Below, piece after piece: positions 12,150-64,000 of a stretch of DNA of 64,000 nt (position 1 is its first letter; every line of letters starts with the position of its first letter). The notes below the pieces were generated by a model. The model was not told the DNA's origin. It made no database searches and saw only the letters and a list, made by a program, of their open reading frames with translations. The translations under genes and the position numbers were made by a program. The stretch comes from Octopus bimaculoides (Eukaryota), in assembly GCF_001194135.2 (NCBI RefSeq), contig NC_068991.1, positions 54,466,476-54,530,475 on the forward strand. The letters run 5' to 3'.

Positions 12150-15100
12150 TATATATATTTAAGTATATATNNNNNNNNNNNNNNNNNNNNNNNNNNNNNN
12201 NNNNNNNNNNNNNNNNNNNNNNNNNNNNNNNNNNNNNNNNNNNNNNNNNNNNNNNNNNNNNNNNNNNNNNNNNNNNNNNNNNNNNNNNNNNNNNNNNNNN
12301 NNNNNNNNNNNNNNNNNNNNNNNNNNNNNNNNNNNNNNNNNNNNNTATATATATATATATGTATATGTATATATTTATGTATATATATATATATGTATAT
12401 GTGTGTGTATAAATATAAACATATATATATATATAAGATACATAATATTTATATAATATTATATATATTATATACATTTTGCTGTTACTATTATTTTGTT
12501 TCTGGGGAAATGATATGGGAAATAGAGGAATACTTGGTTAACAATTCAGGTGAAAAATTTGATGCTTGACAAATGTTTATTTCTTGTGTAATCACTTTTA
12601 TAATACATGTTGAAAGAGGTTAGAAGTCACACAGAGATTAGTAATGGAGTAATGCAGAATTAGTAATGGGAGCTGAAAATTATGCCACAAAGCAGAATAT
12701 ATACTACTGACATTTGAGTATTCCATGGTCTTTGAAGAAGTTCAGAAGTCTTTGAAGCCAATTATAATAGGTGTAATTAAGAAAAAGAGATTGTAGCAAA
12801 TTCATTGACAGTAATAACTATATTATATAACTGATCATCATTTAATTAATGTTCCTAGTTGATATAGTTCTGTTCAAACAATTAATCTTAGGCATGTACC
12901 TACTAGCTACAATAATATTCTTGAAGTAAGGTCTAAAGACCCAGCATCTGTATGACTTGTTAAGTAGAACGAAGATATATATATCAGTACAAAGGATGTA
13001 AATTTTGTCATTTACAATAATTATCCTAATTAACTGCACTTCTACATTTCATTATGTTTGCAATGGCTGACCTCACACAAATGGTGAATGGGAACATTTT
13101 CATGTCCTTTGCTGTTTTGCTACAATGTTTGATGACTGCAGCATGTGATGTGATGTTACTAATATGATGTTTGCAATTGATTTTTGTAATTTTGTCTCTG
13201 TTATGTTTATGAGTTTGATATGAAAAATTGTCAGTTTTCTGCTCTATCATTGTTGTTTATATTTTTGTTCATTATTTATTTTGCTTGTTTCACTGTTTTT
13301 TACTTTTGTTTCTTGATTTGAATTGTTTTTTAATTTTTGTTTCTATTAATTAGTTGACTGCAATGACATTGGTGACTTTGTTGGTGAGTGGAAATTATTA
13401 TTACCTCTGTCTTCATAAATGGAGGAGGAAGCTAGAATTTCTCATCAGCTGGCTCTTTTTACAGTCAATGATGTAGATTTTGTAATCATATAGATCTGGT
13501 ATTGATTAAATGACTGTCAGCTAAGAACTGATGAATAATAGGTCAGCTGCAGTAATTTTCTATAAAGTCAAGGATAATAATCTAAAGAAAGAAACAATAA
13601 GAATAAACCATTATCAGAGATTATAATTTAGATGCCATCTGCAAGATACTATTGTGCAATTATGCTAATGATTAAGAAGACAATGACACTGCTCTGCATG
13701 CTTAAGTTTAGTAGACAATACAGGAATCACATTTGAATGTATGATGAGTGTCAAAATCCACAACTACAATCTTTTGAAAGGATTTATTTTAGATGGGTGT
13801 TTAGTAAATTATTATGTTTGCTAATGATCTATTTTCAGACTTTGTCTTCTATCTTGTCATTATTATAGTCATTTATGTGGTATTAAACATATGCTGTTTG
13901 TCAGTCTGCTGATAACCAGGCAACGGTTCTTCAAGAAAAGAAGTAAGAGAATGTTGAAACTTGAGAAAGATCTAAGTGACAAGAAGGTGCATTGCCTAAT
14001 TTATAAGCTGTGCCCCTTCTTGTTCCTGATAGTCTTTGGCATCTTCACACTGAGCTACTTAAACTCTTCTCAAGTTTCAACATTCTGTTACAATTCTTCC
14101 ATTAATTTAAAGTGTAAACCAGGTTATCTGTTAATAGGTATTAGGCAACAGATACAGAATTGTACAGAGGAGTTATTTCAAGAATAGCTAGAATCTAATT
14201 GAATGCTGTGTAAAAATGCACTTGCTAAACAAAAGAAAACACTTTGCCTTGATAGAACAAGTATTTTTCAAATGCATTCAACACAGGAAGCTGTATATTT
14301 CAATTGTAAATGAGGATCATACATATCGTTTAATGAAATAAAGTAGTACGGTATGGAAATCAAGGGCTTAGTTGCTTAGAATAGATCAGTAAAAAATGAT
14401 GTTGTTGTGAATAGGCTTTAATCAATGTAGCAGATTTGGCATAACATATCTTAGACTTAATTATTCTTTAAATGTCTATATTTTCTTCTTTTTTTTATCA
14501 AATTTGCAATTTCGATTTTCAGTTCTTTTCTTTATAAAGATAATTTGTTTTTTCTTCACAAAGTTAATAACATACAACTGAATATGGCAACATACCCAGC
14601 TTATTGGTATAGAGGATAAACATGTCATAGGTTTAAGAATAACTGTTGTATACCTGAGAACCAGTCAACAATTACCTGCATAGCATAGTTGTGTATAGGA
14701 TAAAAAGAAAGAAGGAAAATAGCAGGGGCTGTGCTTCAAAGCAGGCATGTGTAAATAGCAGGAGGCTTTGTTTAGAAGCTTGATAGGAACAGAAAACAGT
14801 ATTTCTTCTCTAAAAATGACAGGGTAAGAAAGAAGAAATATAAAGAATCCCAACTATAATCTGTTGGCATACTGAGTGTCAATGACAAAAGGTTGAAAGC
14901 ATGAAATTGCCATATAACTAGAAGAAAATATTACTCTGTTCACACATTTGAAGATTTAAGCATAGAAATTATTACATGATCAGAAAGAGAAAACTGAAAA
15001 AAATCAAGCAGATTTTTTGCTGATGCTGGTCGAGTAGATATATTTCAATGACTACATTAGCCTATCAAATAATTATTGTCCTGTTTGGAGACATCTGATG

Positions 15101-16542
15101 AAAATTCATTAAAAGTATACTCGAGGGAAACTGAACTAAGTTTACAATATCTATTATAATTCCGTTTACAATTAAGTGATGTCCAGAATGGCTCTGGTCA
15201 TGAAAGCTAAAACAGATTTAAGAACAACTCTGGGATGTAGTATGGGAATATAAATCAATTCCAGTACTTTATTGGAATGTTATTGCATTGACCCTCAAAG
15301 AATTAATGACAAAGTGACCTTGGTAACTAAATACTACAAGTAATATTCCGTTACCAAGAAGTACAAGTTTTGTCATTCCACTACTGATTAATACAATTTT
15401 CATATTTAAATTCTCCTTAACATAGATGCAGGCATAACTGTTTGCTTAAGAAGCTCATTTTGCATCCACATGCTTTCAGTTTCAGTCTCATATGTGCCCT
15501 GGGACAACCTATGCAATTTGAGTAAATTTGGTAGATAGGAACTGTGTTGAACACTGTTGTGGGGGGGGGGGGGGTTGTCACCACTTGACAACTAGTGTCA
15601 GTTTGTTTATGTCCCCATAACTTGGCAGTTCATCAAAAGACATTGCTGAAATAAGTACCAGACTTTAAAAAAAAATGTAGGTGCTATGATGGTTTTGTTC
15701 CACTAAAGCACTTCAAGGTGCTGCCCTTGCATAGCCCCATTCCAATAACTGAAAAAAGTAAAGTTAAAAATATCACTCAACACCTTACAATCAATATGCT
15801 TCTATGATTAATAATCAAATCAATATGCATCAGTAAATCCTGGTGCAAGGCCAGCAAGTTTGCTTGACTGCTACTTATTTTATTGAGCCCGAAAAGATGA
15901 AAGGCAGAGTCAACCTTGACAGAATTTGAACTCAGAACATGGAGACAAACAAAACGTCACTTGACATTTTTGCCAGTTTGCTAACATTTCTGCCAGCTTG
16001 CTGCCCTATTGCTCTTGGATAATATCAAGAATGAGACTGAAGGGTTTCCACTTCCTTCAAAAAAACACTCACCTGATGTGAGTTTTTTTCTCTGACTATT
16101 TTTTGAATTTGAAAAATGCTAGAGATAATTCCAAAAGAATTTTTAAATTCTTAACTAAGGGCATAGTTTTAGATTTTAAGGAAAATAACAGGTTTCAAGA
16201 AGATCATTTATAAATATAGGAAAAAAATTGGCAGAAGTAAGGTTGGTGATGAAAATTATTATAAAAGTACATCAGCATCATTAGATATTTTTGATAATAT
16301 CTGATATTAAAGAAAGCAAAGTTTTGCCAATGAATGGCTGAGTAATGTGACTGTTCTTGCAATTACTGCTGGCTACTTGCTGTATAGCAGATAATTAGGT
16401 GTCAATTTTGAAATCTATGTTTTTATAGAGGTTAATATTTTACAAGAATAAAATGATTTCGAATTAATAGCTTCACCTAATAATTCATTTTCACTTTTTT
16501 CATTTCATTAACAAAAGCTTTCACACACACACACACGCCCAC

Positions 16543-16577
<35 letters not shown>

Positions 16578-16730
16578 CACACACAAATATATTTTTATAT
16601 ATAATTTTTTCTCTCTTTTTTTCTCCTTCATTAGCTTTTGTTTTCTGAAGCAGAAACAATAAAACAAAAACTTTTCTTCATTTGCCTGTGCTTTCTTCCT
16701 ATTTTGATATATATATATGTGTATGTGTGC

Positions 16731-16769
<39 letters not shown>

Positions 16770-17325
16770 NNNNNNNNNNNNNNNNNNNNNNNNNNNNNNN
16801 NNNNNNNNNNNNNNNNNNNNNNNNNNNNNNNNNNNNNNNNNNNNNNNNNNNNNNNNNNNNNNNNNNNNNNNNNNNNNNNNNNNNNNNNNNNNNNNNNNNN
16901 NNNNNNNNNNNNNNNNNNNNNNNNNNNNNNNNNNNNNNNNNNNNNNNNNNNNNNNNNNNNNNNNNNNNNNNNNNNNNNNNNNNNNNNNNNNNNNNNNNNN
17001 NNNNNNNNNNNNNNNNNNNNNNNNNNNNNNNNNNNNNNNNNNNNNNNNNNNNNNNNNNNNNNNNNNNNNNNNNNNNNNNNNNNNNNNNNNNNNNNNNNNN
17101 NNNNNNNNNNNNNNNNNNNNNNNNNNNNNNNNNNNNNNNNNNNNNNNNNNNNNNNNNNNNNNNNNNNNNNNNNNNNNNNNNNNNNNNNNNNNNNNNNNNN
17201 NNNNNNNNNNNNNNNNNNNNNNNNNNNNNNNNNNNNNNNNNNNNNNNNNNNNNNNNNNNNNNNNNNNNNNNNNNNNNNNNNNNNNNNNNNNNNNNNNNNN
17301 NNNNNNNNNNNNNNNNNNNNNNNNN

Positions 17326-17326
<1 letters not shown>

Positions 17327-17423
<97 letters not shown>
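17327..17423. repeat. (CAT)n microsatellite at a gap edge
   Basis: ~32 perfect CAT units; source of the poly-M/H/S/I artefact ORFs. Confidence 0.95.
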
Positions 17424-18554
17424 TGTCTTTTATTTTTATTTTCTATTATTCTCATTGTTTTCACTGCGAGCAACGACATCTCTTTAGGTTTCGTTTCAAT
17501 CTCTGTTTTCTGATCTTCATATTTGGTGAGCTAGCTGTTGCTTTTCTGTCATCATTAGTGCCAAAACATTTGTTTTTTTCTTTTATATTTTTTGTGACTG
17601 AGAATCAGTTTCTCATGCTTCTTTTTCTTTTCACTTTTCATCTGCTTTGTGTTGCATCTTCAGTGCTCAACCATTTTGCATTCCATCTTTATCTTCGCAA
17701 TTTCATGTAAAAAATATTCTTTTATTACTCAATTTTTTTTCTCTTTGTGCTTTCATCATGTTTAAGCAATAAATGTTTCATGAATGTGAAGATATACTGT
17801 TTCTTAAATGAGATTTTGAAAATATTTGTGAAAATTTCATCTTTTTTTTCATAAATAATTGCTACTTATGACATTTGAAATAATCTTATATTTTTATTTT
17901 ATGTCAAAGACATAAATTTTGTTGCATCATATTAAATCTAAACTTGAGGCCAAAAGATTATCCTCCATATTTACAAACCACAGTAAACTTATTTTTAATA
18001 AAATCAAAACAAGGAATGCTATCAATATTTGAGCATTTAAACTGGCCGTATTTGGCCTAAATATTTTACTTGTTTTTATATTCATCCTGACCAGATCTAG
18101 CTACATATTCTATGTTTTATATTCAAACTGGCCAAATCTGGCTTCTCACATCTACCCTACAATGACATTCTAAAAGTAAACAATCACATCATTGAAATCT
18201 CAATCTTATAATTGTATTTTTCAGAGATATAAAACAAAAACTAACGTGTTATACAGTAGATATTAGAATATAAGTATAGATATAGTCTGCTGTGTATAAC
18301 TATCTTCATTTTTGTTCCAATTCAAATAAAATAAATATCAATTTCAGTGCAAAAACTTATAAAACATTTAGTTCAAATAAAATATTTAATTCCTAAAATT
18401 TATCAGGGTTTTCTTTTTCACATTTCTGAGACTTTATTAGTTGTAAATTAAATGTAATATTTGTAGAGAGTTTTTCATCGGTTTCTTCAGCCAAATAAGT
18501 ATAAATATAAATAGTATAATGTTTTGATATTAATATCTGAAACTACAACAAGGC

Positions 18555-18972
18555 TGTATTGTTAAGAAGCTTGCTTTCCAAGCATATGTTCTTAGATTCA
18601 GTCCTACAGTGCTACGCTTGGACAAGTGTCTTTTACTATAGTTCCTGCCTGACCAAAGTCTTATAAGAGAATTTGGTCACTGGAAACTAAAACAAGCCTG
18701 TCATATACATGTGTGTGTGTGTGTGTGTGTGTCCTTGTCTTGGCATCATGTGAGGTTGTCAAAAAGCTTCACCATTGACAAGCAATGTTGTTCATTTCCA
18801 GTCTTCTGTGAAAAACACATTTAGCTATGGAAAAAATAATACCTTGCATGGAAACAGGTGAGAGGTAATAACAGAAAAGTCATCTGGCTATAGAAAATCT
18901 GCCTCAAAACATTCCATCTGACTCATGTGACCATGGAAATATGGATGTTAAACGAGGATGATGATGATGATA
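18555..18972 (+). mobile_element. Chimeric SINE: family A head + (TG)n + alternative body (E) ending in an RTE-like (GAT)n tail
   Basis: A-type head to 18708, (TG)n, then GTCCTTGTCTTGGCATC...GGAAACAGGTGAG...TGGATGTTAAACGAGGATGATGATGAT; the same layout recurs at 48668-49112. Confidence 0.72.
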
Positions 18973-20081
18973 CATTTCAGTCAGGACAATTTGACTGTGA
19001 GTTTTCAGATGTTCAATCAACTGGGTTACTACCAGACTCATTAAAAAACAAAAAACTGACTCTATCAGTTATGATGATGTGGGTTCCAGTTGATCTAATC
19101 AACAGGACAGCCTGCTCATGAAATTAACGTGCAAGTGACTGAGCCCTCCACAGACACATGTACCCTTAATATAGGTTTCATGAAGATTCCATTTGACATA
19201 GAATGTGACAAGGCTGGCTCTTTGAATTACAGGTACAACTCATTTTTACCAACTGAGAGGTCTGGAGCAACATGAAATAAAGTGTCTTGCTTAAGGGTAC
19301 AATGTACCACCAGGAATCAAACTCATGACCTTACGATCTTGAGCTGACTATCCTAACCACTAAGCCGCATGTCTTCACTCTCATTAAAGCAGCATTTAAA
19401 AGGTCATCATCATTACCAAATTCTAGAATATACAATGTGACTTCAAAATATTTCAATAGTTTTCTTTTAGCTATGAAAATATCTATCCACTTGAAATCAG
19501 GAGACATAGTTTCTCCTCAACTCAAATTGATTTTTTTTTTTAGATTTGGGTTGCAGAAAGAAAACAGGAAAGAAATTCATTATCATATTTGTTTTATAGA
19601 AATCAATACTAGAGATTGGGTTTTAGTTTCATACTTTTAGCCATTGGGTGATCCCATGCCCAAGGGATATGATTATCCTTGACCAAGGCCTCTGCTGTAC
19701 ATTGTTGCTTCACCTACTAGAAACAGCAGCCAAATTTCCCCCCTTCCCCAAAGCTACACCCTACCATCTTAATAAAGACACATTGGATAATTCTGTCTGA
19801 ATTACTCTGTTCCAGAATGAAAATGGTTTGACCCAGGCTGGAACTGGTCTGAGGATTGCTTCAGTTGCCTAAACAACAATGACATACAAAAAGAAATAAC
19901 AAAAAGCAAACAGTTGAACCAATATTAGTCCCAATTATTTCAATGAAAATATATTTACTTAATGAGGTTTAATATCTGATAGCAAGAGCTATTAACATTT
20001 TTATGCAAGCATTTAACAATACAATATGAAAAGAAACCAAGATAACTTGTGAAATGAAGTCTATATTATATATTTGCTTGA

Positions 20082-59277
<39,196 letters not shown>

Positions 59278-61069
59278 GTAAGTAGATTCTACTTTCTTTG
59301 CTTGTTACCATTTTGTTTCTTTTCTTTATTAAAATACGGCTTTTAGAATCTCTGACATTATTAAATGACTAACTCACATTACAAGGTTTTCATTAATACT
59401 TCATCTGTTTCATAATAAACAGATGGACTCGTCTCACAAATGTTCTGTACAATTAATTACAGCATGTATCTGTTTCATTAAAATATCTCACTTTTCATTG
59501 GTTTTCAAATACTAAATTCTTAACAAAAAATTTAATCTTGTGAGGAAAACATTTTCGTTTATTCAAGGTTGATCTTCAGAAACAAACTAGCTGCAAGATT
59601 TGCTGCTTTTGATTCTGCTGCTTCAATGAATAAATTTGATTTTATTTAATTGTAAAATACATAATTAATATAATAAACAAAGATTATTAAAGATAATTTT
59701 TCATTCTCTGATTTTGAACAATTCTTTCTAAATAAATTGCTTCTCAAGCTTGTATTGCATGTCTTCTTCAGAATAACCGTACTATTTACCTGATATTGAT
59801 TTGAGATATTCTTCTTTAAAAAATCTACACATTTTTTTGTTTATAATTTTATTGCTTTTTTTTTTTAATCTTATTTTTCACAACTACCTGCTTGAAGCAT
59901 TTCATATTTTTAACTTTCTCACTTTTTCTAACATATATTGTCAAACCTTTACATATACATTCAAGTAGAAATATTTTTATAAGCAGCTTTGAAGTTTAAT
60001 TACATAATTTAAGGCCAAAATTATAGTGAAGAGAAACTACTCCTTAATGTTATTTCAGCTAATTGTTTTGTTACTGTCCTGTCCATGCACACAATAAAGA
60101 GGTCTGGGAAAGAATTGAACTTGGATCCAAAGCACCAGAATGTTTAAAACTTCTCTTTCTTTCTAAGTCAAATTTTTTAAAAAATCTTAGTAAAAATAAA
60201 TTACAGTAACAGAATATTAGTAATACTAACTATAGTTATGGTAAATATGTTCTAGCTTGCCCTTAGCAGAATTTGTAATAGAGAGAGACAACAATAATAG
60301 ATGGAATTTTAATATTGAACTCCAGCCATTATTGGAGTTATATATATAAATATAACAAGTAAAATGTCTGATTCACTATTTAAAGTATACATTTTTTGGT
60401 ATTAAAATATAATCTAGAATTCTGAGAAACTTTTGCAACAGATAATTTTAGAGTCTCAAATATTTCAGTTTGCTGCTACTCCAAATTGAAACTTCATTTC
60501 TCAAAGCCACATTCGCTTCAGCTAACAGTAGTGGTATTTCTCCAATTTCTTTAACAGAATTGAATCTATGAAAGACTACATTTCTTTTTTTTTTTTTCCC
60601 CCACTTTATAAATTATAAAACATAATTATCATTATTGATTTATATTTCAGATCAAACATAATCTGAATTTTAACCAACTGCACTTCAAATAATGTGTGCT
60701 ATTTCCTTTATTTGGTGACTAGTCTATAGATTTAGTGCTTAATTGTCAACTGATTTTATTAGAACTAAATCAGAATTAAATCTTGTAAACCAGTCACCAA
60801 GTCCAGAAAATATATATATATACACACACACACATCCACACACATACATGTACACATCATCTAATAATCCATAACTTTAAAATAATGCAGACCTTCATAC
60901 ATTTGTCAATAGGGTATGTCAATATTTATACTTTACAGTAATATAGATCCATTTCAGCTGATTTTACCAACCAGTTTCATGAGCTCCATCTTAGGTTAAT
61001 GCTAATTGCCTAATTTGTGTACAAAACTAATTAGTAAAATCAGCTAAAATAGATTTATAACACTGTATA

Positions 61070-61104
<35 letters not shown>

Positions 61105-61184
61105 GGGTATTGAGAAGCAATGTCATATTTCATGTAATGAGTTCAAATCAGCATGAAACATATTGTAAGTATATTTATTCATTC

Positions 61185-61500
61185 AAAATATAATCAACAT
61201 CACTAGCAAAAACATTTTCTCATCTCAAAACCAGTTTTCTGATTCCTTGAGTAAAAAAAAAATCAGGGCCTTTAGAAGAGGAAAGGGTAGGGTTTAGACA
61301 TTTTCACATCATACTTACTTCTGAATTTTTTTTTTTTTTTTCTCTTGGTAAAGTTTTCCAGTGACCTGAATAAGTGAAAATCTGATGGTGTTAGGTGTCT
61401 GGTGAGTTGGGAGAGCAAGGTAGAATTTCCAAGCTTAATGAATTTATCTTTTCTTGAGTTATCTTGTTGAATGCCCTGCTTTATTCTCAGAGCACAGCTC
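61185..61500 (-). mobile_element. Second mariner transposase relic (C-terminal part)
   Basis: Minus ORF contains GIQQDN...TPSDFHLFRSLENF...KKFRS..DVK, followed in another frame by a GIRKLVLR-like C-terminal motif. Confidence 0.72.
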
Positions 61501-64000
61501 ACTCCCCTTCTCTATACACTTCCCCAATTTGCTTAAGATGATCTTGAAATGAGTGGATCAAGGTTTATTAAACCTTCAGGATAAGTCCCTGATACTTTGA
61601 CATGGATCGTCTTTAATTGCTGTTTTCACTGCCTCATTATTGAAAACAGTCAGTCTTTCTGATTGATATCCATCCAAAAGACTAAAATTACCATTTTTAA
61701 ATCTGTTAAACCACCATTAGCATATCCAAACACTCACACCATCAGGATATACAGCACATATGTTTTCCTTTGCACATGTTCCCATGTTGCCCTACAAGAT
61801 TTGCAAAATATGCAGTTCTTAATATGCAGTTCACTAAAGCCCTTGTTTTCCATCGGCCATCAGACAGAGCATATACACACAGAAAATTTGTCCACATTAA
61901 GATTTAGTCATTAACTCTTAGCTGATTGGTTGATTGCAAGGGTACATTTTATTGGCTTGAAAACTATTTGTGATATGATGTCAGACTATTTGCTCCAAAA
62001 GACAACATTACTCTAAGGTAGCCGTAATACATTTTTGTTTACTCCTTCTGCACCAAAGTCAGACATATATTATCAAATATTCTTGTATTGTATATTCTAT
62101 GAAACAAAAATGTGAAACAGGAATAAAGACTGAAAGCTGGCTTTTCAGTTTCAGCAGTACTCATATATGGAAGATTTGTTAGAATATGGATTGATATGAT
62201 ACTAGTATAGTATATTAGCATAACAAGATAATAAAGTTAACTATTAACTGTTGGTAAAATATCCTGTGAGGTTAGTTTGAAAGATAAGTTGAACATTCAC
62301 TATGAATTGTCTGATGGTGATCGCATTTGAATGTACAGCTAAGTTGTTGACACTACAAGCTTAATTAAAAATGTTTTTTTCAATTCAAAAAGACACACCC
62401 ATCTTTTACATGCATATGTACAATATACACACGCACACATACAAACACACACATACATGCATCCATGTATACTCTGAAACTTTCAGCTTCTATATCCAGA
62501 TTATATATTCACATTTATACCAATAATAATTGGTGCCCTTGGTTTTGTGAGTAAATGCCTAAGTAACAATCAGGATAAGGCAGGGCTTTCGGAAAAAGAA
62601 ATCAATCAACTAAATCACACATTACGAATACAATCTGTAAGGGGAACAGTAAAAATATGCAACACTTTTCTCAAGTTTTAAATGTGACATTATTTTTGTT
62701 ATCTACATTCTAATGATGGAACTTTGTACTTTGTTAGAAACTAGCTCCTTCCTCAGAGGAAGAATTCAAATAATTAAAAGCAGAAGAGAACATATATATT
62801 CCAAATAAGAAGACAAAGAATGAATTTAATACATCTTTATTAATAGTTACAATTGCTTCAAAACCACTCTGTTTTTAATGTTGTTACATGAGAATGTAGA
62901 TAGCCAGGAGTTCAGGTTGAGTATCGCAATGGAAATTCTGTAATTCTCTACAATATCATGACTCACAATATACATTTATATATTTAAACAGAATCCTACT
63001 TTTTATGATGAAAAAAAATTTCTATAAATAACTGATTACTCCCAAAACCATCCATAAATGTTGTATTTTCATAGTTCTTTATTTGTTAAAGGAATTAGAA
63101 AACCCTTCTACTCTTCCTATTCTCATTCAAATTTGTCGAAAACTAAGACACATTTTCCTATATGTTTATTTTTTTAAAAACAAAACTGTTTTTATCATTT
63201 GTCATAATCTTCATAATGTTTCTAAGGATTGTTATTATTCTGTTGGTGAATTCTACTTGTGCACAAGCATCCTTGAGTATTTATCTCTATTCTTCTGATC
63301 TCAGTAGACAAGCTCCAGCTAAGATGTAGTAGTTTAGGCTTCACAATACTAGTTGCTTATCACATAACATCCAATAATATCTCTATTTTCTCTATTAATA
63401 TTATCTGATATGATCTAAATATGATGAAAACTGGTACAGGTCAGCAATAAATTTTAAATTGAGTGATGGAATCTTGAAATATTAACACAACAGGTTCATA
63501 TTGAGCAAAACTACTACTCTGATACAAATGACCATTCTATTCATGTTACTTTGCTCTTAATCTGGCTTTTAATTTTAGCCAGCTCTTTGTGTATTTTCTG
63601 TTTTTCTACAGACCCTGTGCATAGATCTAAATAGCAGAAGTTGCTAAAGGCAATATATACGTAGTACTTTAGTATGATTATCTCAATGAGCATGAGCCTT
63701 GGTGAACACCTACCTCATAACCTCAAATCTCTTACTAAATCCATTGTCAATGTAGACTCTAAATACTTTACATTCATACATAACACTAAAATCTTCCCAG
63801 TGTAGCCTTTATTGAGTTTTAGTTACAGTTAAAACTAATTGCTTTATACATAATCTTTTTTATCCCACCTCACTTTCTTATTCCCTATTATAATGTAGTA
63901 GACTGAGAGATTCCTCCTAGTGTTTATTATCAACTAAGAAGAAAGCAGTGATTTGGCAGAAACGTTAGCATGCAGGATGAAATGCTTAGCAGTATTTCAT

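Noticed and set aside
61538-61562. Candidate 25-nt micro-exon (aag|ATGATCTTGAAATGAGTGGATCAAG|gttt)
   Set aside because: The donor is weak, it abuts a mariner relic, and there is no homology support.

Overview
AT-rich, microsatellite- and SINE-laden eukaryotic genomic DNA, most likely from an Octopus draft assembly (inferred from the repeat families and the (TA)n-flanked N gaps). The main feature is the 5' portion of a ryanodine receptor (RyR) gene on the + strand. I traced 30 GT-AG exons from 20116 to 59277; they splice in frame to 3666 nt (~1222 codons) and cover the N-terminal A/B(MIR)/C(RIH) domains, SPRY1, RyR repeats 1-2, SPRY2 and a divergent linker. The first exons and the rest of the gene lie outside the window or in gaps. 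Introns and the upstream 20 kb carry RTE LINE fragments, two Penelope-like (GIY-YIG) fragments, one full-length and one partial mariner, R4/Dong-like and HERO-like restriction-like-endonuclease LINE relics, a CCHC ORF1 fragment, piggyBac-type MITEs and several tRNA-derived SINE families. Most ORFs in the supplied track are artefacts of microsatellites and N runs. The most testable ideas are (i) intronic inverted SINE hairpins plus genomic A-codons at conserved RyR positions, which may mark A-to-I recoding, and (ii) repeated use of microsatellites as integration platforms by unrelated transposon classes. Comparisons with human or fly RyR are from memory and need alignment.
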